Assembly: GCA_016869145.1 (NCBI GenBank) | Contig: VGEU01000005.1 | Span: 3,605 to 67,604, forward strand | DNA from: Alphaproteobacteria bacterium | Lineage (GTDB): Bacteria > Pseudomonadota > Alphaproteobacteria > MPNO01 > VGEU01 | Reading direction: 5' to 3' | Length of the DNA: 64,000 bases | Shown here: in pieces, positions 10,067-19,650 of the stretch | How positions within the stretch are numbered: position 1 is the first letter of the stretch | Layout of the letters: the number at the start of each line of letters is the position of its first letter | The notes under the pieces: model-generated | Databases searched by the model: none | Told to the model about the DNA's origin: nothing | The model's input: the letters and a program-made list of their open reading frames with translations, nothing else | Made by a program: the position numbers and the translations under genes

Positions 10067-10728
10067 TGGCCGACGACGACGGTTCGGGTTTCCGCGACAA
10101 GCTGATCCGACGCAAGGAGGAATGGGCGCGGGAAGGGCGATTGCTGACCGGCAAGCCCACCGTCGCGGGTGCGGGCGAGAGGCTGCCGCCCGGCCAGCGT
10201 GAGGTGAAGAACTGGCCGGTCCTCGATCTCGGCGTGCAGCCCGACATCGACCGCACGCGGTGGAAGCTCACCGTCGACGGTGCGGTGCGCAATCCCTTCG
10301 TATGGGACTGGCAGAGCTTCCTCGCCCAGCCGCAGGTGACGATGACCTCCAACATCCATTGTGTCACCGGCTGGTCGCGCTTCGACAACGCCTGGACGGG
10401 CGTCCACGTCGAGCATCTCCTGTCCGTCGCCGACCCGAAATCCGAGGCGCGGCATTGCGTCTTTCACAGCCACGACGGCTACACGACCAATGTCCGGCTC
10501 GACCATTTCGCCGACCTCGACGTGATGCTCGCCCATTCCTGGGCCGGCGAGCCCCTGACGCGCGAGCACGGCGGCCCGGTCCGCGTCGTCATCCCGAAAT
10601 GGTATTTCTGGAAGAGCGCCAAATGGGTGCGCCGGATCGAGTTCCTCGCCGCCGACCGGCCAGGCTTCTGGGAGGTGCGCGGCTATCACAACGAGGGCGA
10701 TCCGTGGAACGAGGACCGCTACTCCTGA
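10066..10728 (+). CDS. Sulfite oxidase-like molybdopterin oxidoreductase
   Basis: RLPPGQ, HCVTGWS (Mo-ligating Cys), HGGPVR, YFWKSAKW, GFWEVRGYH. Start overlaps the smpB stop. Confidence 0.85.
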   Translation: MADDDGSGFRDKLIRRKEEWAREGRLLTGKPTVAGAGERLPPGQREVKNWPVLDLGVQPDIDRTRWKLTVDGAVRNPFVWDWQSFLAQPQVTMTSNIHCVTGWSRFDNAWTGVHVEHLLSVADPKSEARHCVFHSHDGYTTNVRLDHFADLDVMLAHSWAGEPLTREHGGPVRVVIPKWYFWKSAKWVRRIEFLAADRPGFWEVRGYHNEGDPWNEDRYS

Positions 10729-10756
10729 CCACGACCACGCGATCGAGGGTGCAGCC

Positions 10757-11239
10757 ATGTCCGCGCATGATTTCGAGTTCACGGCGATCGACGGCAAGCT
10801 GCTCAGGCTCGCCGATTTCAGAGGCAAGGCCGTGCTCGTCGTGAACACGGCCTCGCAATGCGGGCTGACCCCGCAATATGCCGGTCTCCAGAAGCTCTGG
10901 GAGAGCTACCGCGACAAGGGTCTCGTGGTGCTCGGCGTGCCATCGAACGATTTCGGCGGCCAGGAGCCGGGAAGCGAGGCCGAGATCCGGAGCTTCTGCG
11001 ATACGCGCTATCGCGTGACGTTCCCGATGACGGCGAAATACCCGGTCATCGGCGCCGAGGCGCATCCGTTCTATCGCTGGGCGGAGGGCGAAGCGGGCGA
11101 GGCGGGCGCGCCCAAGTGGAACTTCCACAAGTTCCTGGTCGGACCCGACGGCGCGCTCGCGGGCGTGTTCGGCTCGCGCGCGGCCCCCGATGCCCCCGAC
11201 CTCGTCGCCGCGATTGAGGACACGCTCGCCGGCTGCTGA
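10757..11239 (+). CDS. Glutathione peroxidase family protein (Cys type)
   Basis: VNTASQCGLTPQY, PSNDFGGQEPG, KWNFHKFL. Confidence 0.93.
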   Translation: MSAHDFEFTAIDGKLLRLADFRGKAVLVVNTASQCGLTPQYAGLQKLWESYRDKGLVVLGVPSNDFGGQEPGSEAEIRSFCDTRYRVTFPMTAKYPVIGAEAHPFYRWAEGEAGEAGAPKWNFHKFLVGPDGALAGVFGSRAAPDAPDLVAAIEDTLAGC

Positions 11240-11254
11240 CGAGGACGCGCTGCC

Positions 11255-12031
11255 TCAGCGCTCGGCGACGCCGGGCGGCAGCGGGTCCTCCTGGCGCAGC
11301 ACGCCATAGCGGTAGAGATCGTTGAACGACGCCCAGCGCAGCTTGACCGCGGTCTCGGCGAGCGCGAGCGCGCGGGCGCGGAGCTCGGGCGTCGTCACGT
11401 AACGGTCGACGATCGCGAGCTGCCGGCGGCTGTGCTCGGCGTCGGCCTCGGCGTGCTCGGTGAAGAACCGGATCGCCGGGTCGTCCCGCCGGAACCCGTA
11501 ATGGCGGGTGAAGCCCGGGATCGTCCGCTCGGTATTGATCTCGACCTCCTGGCCCTCGAGACAGGCGAGCATCGCGAGATAGAGGACGGTCGGCTCCTCG
11601 CGCGCGACGTCCTCGTAGTATCCTGTCCGCGCCCGCCACGCCGGCAGCCGCTCGGTGCCGACGACCGCCGCCTCGGTGAGCCCGGCCGCGCGACAGAAGG
11701 CGAGGATCAGGTCCATGTGGTCCTGGGCGTCGTCGGAGCCGTGGAGGCCGAGGATGCCGGCTTCCTCGGCGAGGTTCTCGAGGAAGAAGACCGCGGCCTC
11801 GCGGTGCTCGGGCGGGCAGCGCGCATAGGAGACGGCGAAGCTCGGCAGGACGCGCCGGACATGATGATAATGCTGCGCCATCATGTCGCCCATCACCCTG
11901 AGGTCGAGCGTGCCGTCGTGCAGCGCGCGGTAGAAAGGGTGGTTCTTGCAGTGCCAGCGGGTCCGGATCGCGAGGAGCTCGGCGCGAAAGGCCTCGGTCG
12001 ATTGCCCCGTCGATTGCCCCGTGGATTGCAT
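11255..12031 (-). CDS. Heme-oxygenase-like diiron enzyme (CADD/PqqC/TenA superfamily), function unknown
   Basis: HPFY..L..G.L N-terminus; ENLAEE, DHMDL, LEGQ and FTEHAEADAEH provide an E/H/E/H/D/H ligand set. GGAG RBS about 10 nt upstream of ATG 12031. Confidence 0.85.
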   Translation of the reverse strand: MQSTGQSTGQSTEAFRAELLAIRTRWHCKNHPFYRALHDGTLDLRVMGDMMAQHYHHVRRVLPSFAVSYARCPPEHREAAVFFLENLAEEAGILGLHGSDDAQDHMDLILAFCRAAGLTEAAVVGTERLPAWRARTGYYEDVAREEPTVLYLAMLACLEGQEVEINTERTIPGFTRHYGFRRDDPAIRFFTEHAEADAEHSRRQLAIVDRYVTTPELRARALALAETAVKLRWASFNDLYRYGVLRQEDPLPPGVAER

Positions 12032-12153
12032 GGCGGCAAAGCTCCGTCTCTGGCAAATTCCGCCGATTATCGAGGATAGGCGGAAGCCGGACAAGACGCG
12101 ATGAACGACGGACCGACCGTACCCGGCGCCTGCGGCACCGGCACCGGCAGACG

Positions 12154-13686
12154 ATGACGCTCCTCGCCGGTGACATACTCCGCCTCGCCGCGCGGCGAGC
12201 GCCGAACCGAACCGCCGTCATCGACGGGGCGCGGACGATCGATTTCGCGACGCTCGACCAGGAGGCCGACCGGCTCGCCAACGCGCTCCACGCGCGCGGG
12301 GTGACGAAGGGCGTCCATGTCGGCGTCATCTCGAGCAATCGTCTCGAATACGCGATCATCAACTTCGCCGTGGCGCGCACCGGGGCCGTCCTCTGTCATC
12401 TCTCCTATCGCTCGAACGCCGACGATGTCGCCTTCGCGCTCGACAAGGTGCGCGCCGAGGCGGTCCTGGTCGAGCGCGCCTTCGCGCACGCCGTCGCCGC
12501 GGCGCGCGATCGCGTGCCGACGCTCCGCCATGTCGTCGTCTTCGGCGACGAGGACGACCACGCGCTCGCCGCGTTCACGGCCGGCCGGCCGGCCGAGCCG
12601 CCACCGGTCCGGCTCGTCCCCGATGATCCGCTCTGCATCACCTTCACCGGCGGGACGACGGGGTTGCCCAAGGCGGTCGTCGCGACCCATCGCGCGCGCG
12701 GTCTCACCGCCTTCGCCGCCGCCTACGAGTTCGCGATCGACGAGACCGACGTGATGATCCAGCCGGCGCCCTTGTTCCACACCGCCGGGATGTGCATCTG
12801 GTTCCACCCGGCGGTTCTGATCGGGGCGACGTCGGTGATGCTCCGTCGCTGGGATGTCGCGCACTTCATCGAGCTCGTCGAGCGCCATCGCGTGACGGCG
12901 CTGTTCATGGTGCCGACGCAGCTCGGCGATCTGATCCGCCACCCGGAATTCACGCCGGCCCGGCTCGCGAGCGTGAAGAAGATCGGCTATGCCGCCGCAC
13001 CCATGCCGCCGGCGCTGTTCGACGAGCTCCGCAGGCACCTCCCGGCGGTCGCGTTCACCGAGAACTATGGCTCGACCGAAGGCGGCCTGATGACCGTGCG
13101 CCCGCCGCGGCTCGCCGTCGACAAGGCCGGCAGCGTCGGCCGCCCGGTCCTCGGCCACGAGCTCGCCGTCGTCGACAACAACGGCACGCCCGTCGCCGAC
13201 GGCGACATCGGCTTCATCGTCGCGCGCGGGGCGGCGTGCTTCTCCGGCTACTGGGAGGACAGCGAGGAGACCGTAGCGGCGCTCCACGGCGGCTGGCTGT
13301 GGACGGGCGATATCGGCTATCGCGATGCCGACGGCTTCTATTTTCTCGTCGACCGCGCCAAGGACATGCTGATCCTCGGCGGCGAGAACGTCTACCCGAA
13401 GGAGATCGAGAACGCGCTCTATCGCCATCCCGCGGTCGCCGAGTGCGCGGTCTTCGGGATACCGGACGGGCGGCTCGGCGAGGTGCCGGCGGCGCATGTG
13501 GTGCTGCGTCCCGGCGCAACGGTGACGGAGGCGGCGCTGATCGAGTTCTGCGCCGGAGCGGTCGCCCGGCACAAGCGGCCGCGGCTCGTCCGCTTCGTCG
13601 AGGCGCTGCCCAAGACGACCGTCGGCAAGATCCAGAAGAACGTGATCCGCGCCGCCTATTGGCCGGATGCGGCCGGCGCGCGCTGA
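12154..13686 (+). CDS. Acyl-CoA synthetase / AMP-binding ligase
   Basis: TFTGGTTGLPK, PLFH, YGSTEG, GDIGYRD, DRAKDMLILGGENVYPKEIE, LPKTTVGKIQK. Confidence 0.92.
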   Translation: MTLLAGDILRLAARRAPNRTAVIDGARTIDFATLDQEADRLANALHARGVTKGVHVGVISSNRLEYAIINFAVARTGAVLCHLSYRSNADDVAFALDKVRAEAVLVERAFAHAVAAARDRVPTLRHVVVFGDEDDHALAAFTAGRPAEPPPVRLVPDDPLCITFTGGTTGLPKAVVATHRARGLTAFAAAYEFAIDETDVMIQPAPLFHTAGMCIWFHPAVLIGATSVMLRRWDVAHFIELVERHRVTALFMVPTQLGDLIRHPEFTPARLASVKKIGYAAAPMPPALFDELRRHLPAVAFTENYGSTEGGLMTVRPPRLAVDKAGSVGRPVLGHELAVVDNNGTPVADGDIGFIVARGAACFSGYWEDSEETVAALHGGWLWTGDIGYRDADGFYFLVDRAKDMLILGGENVYPKEIENALYRHPAVAECAVFGIPDGRLGEVPAAHVVLRPGATVTEAALIEFCAGAVARHKRPRLVRFVEALPKTTVGKIQKNVIRAAYWPDAAGAR

Positions 13687-14327
13687 GCCGGGATCTCGCG
13701 CCGGATCGTCTCGAACACGGCGCGGAACATCGCCTCCGTCAGCCGGCCGGTATTGGTGTTGTAGCGCGAGCAGTGATAGCTGTCGGCGATGACGAGGCCG
13801 TCGGGCAGGCGATGCAGCTCGCCGTGGCCGAAGCGGAAGCCGGCCGGTTTCTGCCCGCGCGCGGCGATCGCGGTGGCGTGCGCGACGGTGCCGAGCGCGA
13901 GGACGACGGCGAGACGCGGCATCGAGCGGAGCTCGTCGGCGAGGAAGGAACGGCAGCACTTGATCTCGGCGGGGAGCGGCTTGTTCTCCGGCGGCACGCA
14001 GCGGACGCCGTTGGTGATGCGGCAGTCGACCAGCGCGAGCCCGTCATCGGCGCGGGCGGCATAGTCGCCGCGGGCGAAGCCATAGGCCCGGAGCGTCGCG
14101 TAGAGGAGATCGCCCGCATAGTCGCCGGTGAAGGGGCGGCCGGTGCGGTTGGCGCCGCGCAACCCGGGCGCAAGGCCGACGATCAGGAGACGGGCATCGC
14201 GAGGCCCGAATGACGGCACCGGTGCGTTGTGCCAGTCGGCGTGGGCCGCGCGGCTGGTCGCCCGGAAAGCGACCAAACGCGGGCAGAGAGGGCAGTCGCG
14301 GTCGGGCTCGGCGGCGGCGGCCGTCAC
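13656..14327 (-). CDS. Uracil-DNA glycosylase, family 5 (UdgB-like, 4Fe-4S)
   Basis: CPLCPRL, GLAPGLRGANRTGRPFTGD, CVPPENKP, SYHCSRYNTNTG. Confidence 0.92.
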   Translation of the reverse strand: MTAAAAEPDRDCPLCPRLVAFRATSRAAHADWHNAPVPSFGPRDARLLIVGLAPGLRGANRTGRPFTGDYAGDLLYATLRAYGFARGDYAARADDGLALVDCRITNGVRCVPPENKPLPAEIKCCRSFLADELRSMPRLAVVLALGTVAHATAIAARGQKPAGFRFGHGELHRLPDGLVIADSYHCSRYNTNTGRLTEAMFRAVFETIRREIPAQRAPAASGQ

Positions 14328-14899
14328 GCCGCCGAGGCGTTGCTGTGCTGGGTCTGGGCGTCGCCGCGGTTGACGTGGCGCGAGATCATCGGCGCGAGCT
14401 CCTGCAGCTCGACGAAGATGTCGGCCTGGCGGCGGAGCTCGTCGGCGATCATCGGCGGCTGGGAGCGGATCGTCGAGACCACGGTGGCGCGGACGCCCTT
14501 GCGCTGGATCGCCTCGATCAGGCGCCGGAAGTCACCGTCGCCGGAGAACAGGACGACATGGTCGAGATGGTCGGCCATCTCCAGCACATCGATCGCGAGC
14601 TCGATGTCCATGTTGCCCTTGACCTTCCGCCGCCCGGTCGAATCGACGTATTCCTTGAGCGGCTTGGTCACGATCGTGTAGCCGTTGTAGTCGAGCCAGT
14701 CGACCAGCGGCCGAATTGGCGAATACTCCTGATCCTCGATCAGGGCAGTGTAATAGAATGCACGTACTAATCTGCCCTGTTTGGCAAATAATTGCAGAAG
14801 ATTCTTATAATCTATATCGAAACCCAGAGCGCGAGCGGCCGAATATAGGTTGGCCCCGTCGATGAATATCCCAATACGCTCTTGAGAATAGAAGTTCAT
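14324..14899 (-). CDS. NYN/LabA (DUF88) domain protein
   Basis: FIDGANLY, KGNMDIELAID, LFSGDGDF. AAGGTG RBS 8 nt before ATG 14899. Confidence 0.93.
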   Translation of the reverse strand: MNFYSQERIGIFIDGANLYSAARALGFDIDYKNLLQLFAKQGRLVRAFYYTALIEDQEYSPIRPLVDWLDYNGYTIVTKPLKEYVDSTGRRKVKGNMDIELAIDVLEMADHLDHVVLFSGDGDFRRLIEAIQRKGVRATVVSTIRSQPPMIADELRRQADIFVELQELAPMISRHVNRGDAQTQHSNASAA

Positions 14900-15099
14900 G
14901 GTCATTTCACCTTATGGTCGAACTGGGTCGTCCTGCCCAGTGAGCACCCGGCCAGACGACCCTCGATTACGCAGCTTGAGCCGCCCCGGCTCGATGTTTG
15001 TTATCACCTCGGTTCGGGGACTCAAGTAAAAATAGTTAGACACATTAATGTTTTTTCACCCGTGAACCCGCGCCGGCCAGTGAACAAAATGGGGCGGTG

Positions 15100-15624
15100 A
15101 TGATCCTGATCGCGATCGGCGCCAACCTGCCGACGGTGCGCCATGGTGCGCCGATCGAGGCCGCGCGGGCCTCCATCGGCCGGTTCGCCGACCGTGGTTT
15201 GGAGGTGGTCGCCTGTTCGCGCTGGTTCAAGAGCGCGCCGGTCCCGGCCTCGGATCAGCCGTGGTTCGTGAACGCGGTCGCGCGGGTCGCAACGGCGCTC
15301 GCGCCTGAGGCCGTGCTGGCGTCGCTGCACGCGATCGAGGCCGAGTTCGGCCGGGTCCGCGGCGCGCGCGACGCGGCGCGGGTGCTCGACCTCGATCTCC
15401 TCGACTATCACGGTCTCCGTCGCGCCGAGCCGGGCGGGCTCATCCTGCCGCATCCGCGGATGGTGGCGAGGGCGTTCGTCCTGCTGCCGCTCGCCGACAT
15501 CGCCCCCGGCTGGCGCCATCCGGTGAGCGGGCACGACGTCGCGACGCTGATCGCGCGCGTCCCCGAGGGCCAGATCTGCCTCCCGATCGACGAGGCGGAA
15601 AGTCGAGGGCCGACAAGCGCTTGA
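15100..15624 (+). CDS. folK: 2-amino-4-hydroxy-6-hydroxymethyldihydropteridine diphosphokinase
   Basis: IAIGANL, QPWFVNAV, RVLDLDLL, LPHPRM..RAFVLLPL. Confidence 0.96.
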   Translation: MILIAIGANLPTVRHGAPIEAARASIGRFADRGLEVVACSRWFKSAPVPASDQPWFVNAVARVATALAPEAVLASLHAIEAEFGRVRGARDAARVLDLDLLDYHGLRRAEPGGLILPHPRMVARAFVLLPLADIAPGWRHPVSGHDVATLIARVPEGQICLPIDEAESRGPTSA

Positions 15625-15649
15625 AGCCCGGTCGTTAAGTCCCTATAAA
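15620..15649 (+). promoter_or_regulatory. Promoter for rpoZ-rel (CTTGAA-N17-CTATAA) with an embedded CtrA-like box
   Basis: TTGAAG 15621-15626, 17-nt spacer, TATAAA 15644-15649. GTTAA-N7-TAAA at 15634-15649. Confidence 0.7.
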
Positions 15650-15692
15650 AAGAAGTTCCAGAACCTAGCCGTTCCCAGCCGGAGAGTGCCCG

Positions 15693-16094
15693 ATGGCGCG
15701 CGTTACCGTCGAGGACTGCGTCCTCCAGATTCCCAACCGGTTCAAGCTCGTGCTCCTCGCCGCGCAGCGCGCGCGCGAATTGTCGGTGGGCGGCGAATTG
15801 ACGGTCGAGCGCGACAACGACAAGAACCCGGTCGTGGCGCTCCGCGAGATCGCCGACAAGACGATCGATCTCGAGCAGCTCGAGGCGGCCTGCGTGCAGG
15901 GTCTGCAGAAGCATGTCGACGTCGACGAGCCGGTCGAGGAGAGCGAGGAAGTCCTCGCGATGCAGGAAGTCCTGAGCGCGGGCGGCGGCTTCGAGAACGT
16001 GGTCGAGGGCGATGACGACGAGCTCGGCGCGGGCGAGGAGGGCGGCGCGGGCGATGCGTCGATCGACGACGATGGCGTCGAGGACGACCGATAG
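15693..16094 (+). CDS. rpoZ: RNA polymerase omega subunit
   Basis: [36 protein letters not shown]; acidic tail typical of alphaproteobacteria. Confidence 0.98.
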   Translation: MARVTVEDCVLQIPNRFKLVLLAAQRARELSVGGELTVERDNDKNPVVALREIADKTIDLEQLEAACVQGLQKHVDVDEPVEESEEVLAMQEVLSAGGGFENVVEGDDDELGAGEEGGAGDASIDDDGVEDDR

Positions 16095-16167
16095 CGCCGG
16101 GCGCAGCATCGAACCGGGGCGCCCGCGCGGGCGCCGTCCGGGGCGAGGCGGCTAGGGACCGCCCGCC

Positions 16168-18327
16168 ATGATCCGTCAGGTCGAGCTGGTCGATCGCGTC
16201 CGCGCCTACGACCCCGCGACCGACGAAGAGGCGCTCAACCGCGCCTATGTCTTCAGCATGAAGGCGCACGGCACGCAGAAGCGGGCCTCGGGCGATCCCT
16301 ATTTCTCCCACCCCCTCGAGGTGGCCGGGATACTGACCGACCTCAAGCTCGATTCGGGCTCGATCGTCACCGCGCTTCTGCACGACACCGTCGAGGACAC
16401 CGGCGCGACGATCGAGGAGATCCAGCGCCTGTTCGGGCCCGAGATCGCGCGCCTCGTCGACGGCGTCACCAAGCTGTCGCGGCTCGAGCTCCAGTCCGAC
16501 AGCGCCAAGCAGGCGGAGAATTTCCGCAAGCTCCTCCTCGCGACGTCGGAGGATATCCGCGTCCTCCTCGTCAAGCTCGCCGACCGCCTGCACAACATGC
16601 GGACGCTTCATCACATCAAGTCGGCCGACCGGCGCGTGCGCACCGCGCGCGAGACGATGGAGATCTATGCCCCGCTCGCCGAGCGCATGGGCATGCAGGA
16701 GATGAAGGACGAGCTCGAGGATCTCTCCTTCGTTGAAATCCATCCCGATGCGCGCGCCTCGATCGAGGCCCGGCTCGACTTCCTGCGCGAGCAGGGCAAC
16801 GCGATCGTGCCGCGGATCGCGGGCGAGCTCCGCGCGACGCTGGCGGCGGCGGGGATCGAGGCCGAGGTCTCCGGACGCGAGAAGCGGCCCTATTCGATCT
16901 GGCGCAAGATGCAGCGCAAGAACGTGAGCTTCGAGCAGCTCTCGGACATCATGGCGTTCCGCGTCATCGTCGACACGGACGAGGCGTGCTACCGCGCGCT
17001 CGGCGCGGTGCACGGCGCCTACGCGTTCATCCCGGGCCGCTTCAAGGACTATGTCTCGACACCGAAGCCGAACGGCTACCAGTCGCTCCACACCTCGGTG
17101 ATCGGGCCCGAGAAGCGGCGGATCGAGGTCCAGATCCGGACCGCCGAGATGCACGCGATCGCCGAGTACGGGGTCGCGGCGCACTGGACGTACAAGGCGG
17201 GTGCCGGCGAGAAGGAGGGGCGGCAATATCGCTGGCTGTGTGAGCTCCTCGACATCCTCGAGCACGCCTCGGGTCCGGAGGAGTTCCTCGAGCACACCAA
17301 GCTCGAGATGTTCCGCGACCAGGTCTACTGCTTCACGCCCAAGGGCGATCTCATCGAGATGCCGCGCGGCGCGACGCCTGTCGATTTCGCCTATGCCGTC
17401 CACTCTGAGGTCGGCGACCGGTGTGTCGCGGGGAAGATCAACGGCAAGCTGATGCCGCTCAGGACGCCGCTCCAGAACGGCGATCAGGTCGAGATCGTGA
17501 CCGCCGCGACCGGCTCGCCGTCGCCGACCTGGGAGCAGTTCGTCGTCTCCGGCAAGGCGCGCGCGCGGATCCGCCGCTATGTGCGGAGTGCCCAGCGCGT
17601 CGAGTACGCGAGCCTCGGCGAGGCGATCCTCCTCAAGACCTTCAACGAGCACCGGAAGCCGCTCGCGCCCGAGACATTGGCGTCCGTCCTCGCCCGCTTC
17701 GAGGCCAAATCCGTCGAGGACCTCTATGTCGATGTCGGCAGCGGCACCCTCACGGGCGTCGATGTCCTGAACGCCGTCCATCCCGGAACCGTGCCGACCC
17801 GCGAGCGGCCGGCGACGGGCGAGACCAATATCGTGCCGTTCCCGCCCGCCGATCAGCGGCTCCGGTCGGCGGCGACTGCGATCCCCATCCGCGGCCTGAC
17901 GCCCGGCATGGCGGTCCACTTCTCCAATTGCTGCCACGCGCTCCCTGGCGACCGCATCGTCGGCATCCTGACACCGGGCAAGGGCGTCGCCATCCACACC
18001 ATCGACTGCGAGACCCTGGAGAGCTTCCACGATTCGCCCGAGCGTTGGCTCGACGTTTCCTGGGACATCGAGAACGAGCCGGCGCAGGGCTTCGTCGGCC
18101 GCATCAACCTCGTGGTCGCCAACCAGCGCGGCTCGCTCGGCACGCTGTCGACCGTGATCGCCAACAATCTCGGCAATATCAACAATCTCAAGATCACCAA
18201 TCGCTCGAAGGAGTTCTTCGAGATGGTCCTCGACATCGAGGTGCGCGACGTGCGCCATCTGACCGACATCATCGCCGCGCTGCGGGCGACGCCGGCGGTC
18301 AACTCGGTCGATCGCGCGCGGGGCTGA
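16168..18327 (+). CDS. spoT: Bifunctional (p)ppGpp synthetase/hydrolase (Rel/RSH)
   Basis: LLHDTVED hydrolase motif, GYQSLHT and EVQIRT synthetase motifs, TGS, CC and ACT domains. Confidence 0.97.
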   Translation: MIRQVELVDRVRAYDPATDEEALNRAYVFSMKAHGTQKRASGDPYFSHPLEVAGILTDLKLDSGSIVTALLHDTVEDTGATIEEIQRLFGPEIARLVDGVTKLSRLELQSDSAKQAENFRKLLLATSEDIRVLLVKLADRLHNMRTLHHIKSADRRVRTARETMEIYAPLAERMGMQEMKDELEDLSFVEIHPDARASIEARLDFLREQGNAIVPRIAGELRATLAAAGIEAEVSGREKRPYSIWRKMQRKNVSFEQLSDIMAFRVIVDTDEACYRALGAVHGAYAFIPGRFKDYVSTPKPNGYQSLHTSVIGPEKRRIEVQIRTAEMHAIAEYGVAAHWTYKAGAGEKEGRQYRWLCELLDILEHASGPEEFLEHTKLEMFRDQVYCFTPKGDLIEMPRGATPVDFAYAVHSEVGDRCVAGKINGKLMPLRTPLQNGDQVEIVTAATGSPSPTWEQFVVSGKARARIRRYVRSAQRVEYASLGEAILLKTFNEHRKPLAPETLASVLARFEAKSVEDLYVDVGSGTLTGVDVLNAVHPGTVPTRERPATGETNIVPFPPADQRLRSAATAIPIRGLTPGMAVHFSNCCHALPGDRIVGILTPGKGVAIHTIDCETLESFHDSPERWLDVSWDIENEPAQGFVGRINLVVANQRGSLGTLSTVIANNLGNINNLKITNRSKEFFEMVLDIEVRDVRHLTDIIAALRATPAVNSVDRARG

Positions 18328-18347
18328 GGCCGGGTCGGGAGGTTGCC

Positions 18348-19106
18348 ATGGCAGCGGAAAAGCTCCGTCTCGGGGTCAACATCGATCACGTGGCGACGAT
18401 CAGGAACGCGCGCGGCGGGCCTCATCCCGATCCGGTGCGGGCGGCGCGCCTCGCCGAGGCCGCCGGCGCCGACGGCATCACCGCCCATCTCCGCGAGGAT
18501 CGCCGCCACATCTCCGACGACGACATCACGCGGCTCTGCCGCGACATCCGGCTGCCGATCAATCTCGAGATGGCGGCGACCGCGGAGATGGTGGCGATCG
18601 CGCTCCGCCATCGGCCGCACGCCGCATGCATCGTTCCCGAGCGGCGCCAGGAGCGGACGACCGAGGGCGGGCTCGATGTGCGGGGCGGCGGCGCCGGGCT
18701 CGCCGAGTGCGTCGCCGCGCTCGGCGCGGCCGGCATCCGGGTCTCGCTCTTCATCGAGGCCGAGCCGGCGGTCGTCGATGCGGCACGCGCGCTCGGGGCG
18801 CCGGTGGTCGAGCTCCACACCGGCCGCTACTGCGAGGCCACGGGCGAGGCGCGCCGGCACGAATGCGCCCGCCTCGCCACCGCTGCCCGCCATGCGCGCG
18901 CCATCGGTCTCGAATGCCACGCCGGCCACGGGCTCAGCTTCGACAGCGTCGGTCCGATCGCGGCGATCCCCGAGATCGTCGAGCTCAACATCGGCCATTT
19001 CCTTGTCGGCGAGGCGACCTTCGGCGGGCTCGAGAGCGCGATCCGGCGCATGCGCGCGCTGATGGACAACGCCCGCGCGGCGGCGACCGGCGAACGCAGC
19101 GCGTGA
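18348..19106 (+). CDS. pdxJ: Pyridoxine 5'-phosphate synthase
   Basis: [42 protein letters not shown] 18348 lies inside track ORF 17421..19106. Confidence 0.97.
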   Translation: MAAEKLRLGVNIDHVATIRNARGGPHPDPVRAARLAEAAGADGITAHLREDRRHISDDDITRLCRDIRLPINLEMAATAEMVAIALRHRPHAACIVPERRQERTTEGGLDVRGGGAGLAECVAALGAAGIRVSLFIEAEPAVVDAARALGAPVVELHTGRYCEATGEARRHECARLATAARHARAIGLECHAGHGLSFDSVGPIAAIPEIVELNIGHFLVGEATFGGLESAIRRMRALMDNARAAATGERSA

Positions 19107-19519
19107 GCGTGGTGGTCATCGGGATCGGCAACGACGTCGTCGACATCGGCCGCATCGGCCGCACCATCGAGCGCTTCGGCGATCGTTTCCTCGCCCGGGT
19201 GTTCACCAGCGCCGAGCGCGACCGCGCCGAGCGCCGGGCCAACCGCGTCGCGACCTACGCCAAGCGCTTCGCGGCGAAGGAGGCCTGCTCGAAGGCGCTC
19301 GGCACCGGGTTTCGCCGCGGCGTGTTCTGGCGCGATATGGGCGTGGTCAACCTGCCGTCGGGCCGCCCGACGCTGCGGCTGACGGGTGGCGCGGCGCGTC
19401 GGCTTGCGGAGATCACCCCGCCCGGCATGGTCGCCGAGATCCATCTCACCCTCACCGACGAGGCGGCGCAGGCGCAGGCGATCGTCCTCATCACCGCAGT
19501 CGCGGCGCCTCAACGTTGA
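19103..19519 (+). CDS. acpS: Holo-[ACP] synthase
   Basis: [38 protein letters not shown] overlap with pdxJ. Confidence 0.96.
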   Translation: MSVVVIGIGNDVVDIGRIGRTIERFGDRFLARVFTSAERDRAERRANRVATYAKRFAAKEACSKALGTGFRRGVFWRDMGVVNLPSGRPTLRLTGGAARRLAEITPPGMVAEIHLTLTDEAAQAQAIVLITAVAAPQR

Positions 19520-19565
19520 GACCGTTGCGTTGAGATGGGCGCGTTGCGACGGGCGGGCTTGGCCC

Positions 19566-19594
19566 TTGACAGCGCCAGGGGCCGCTGGCTTCAT
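19566..19594 (+). promoter_or_regulatory. Putative sigma70 promoter for lepB-rnc-era-recO-parC
   Basis: Perfect TTGACA, 17-nt spacer, weak -10 (CTTCAT). Confidence 0.4.
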
Positions 19595-19650
19595 CGGCCG
19601 CTTCCAAGTCGCGCGCCGGTGGACCGCGCCTCATCCGGTAGACCTCGTTC

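Noticed and set aside
10757-11239. Selenocysteine glutathione peroxidase
   Set aside because: The active-site codon is TGC (Cys) and there is no in-frame TGA.
11255-12031. Direct annotation as a CADD-type pABA synthase or as PqqC
   Set aside because: The Lys152 and Tyr-network equivalents appear substituted (comparison from memory) and there are no pqq genes nearby; kept as an HDO of unknown function.
15026-15048. CtrA box in the NYN/folK region
   Set aside because: Half-sites GTAA, TTAG and TTAA are spaced 6 and 5 nt apart, not 7.
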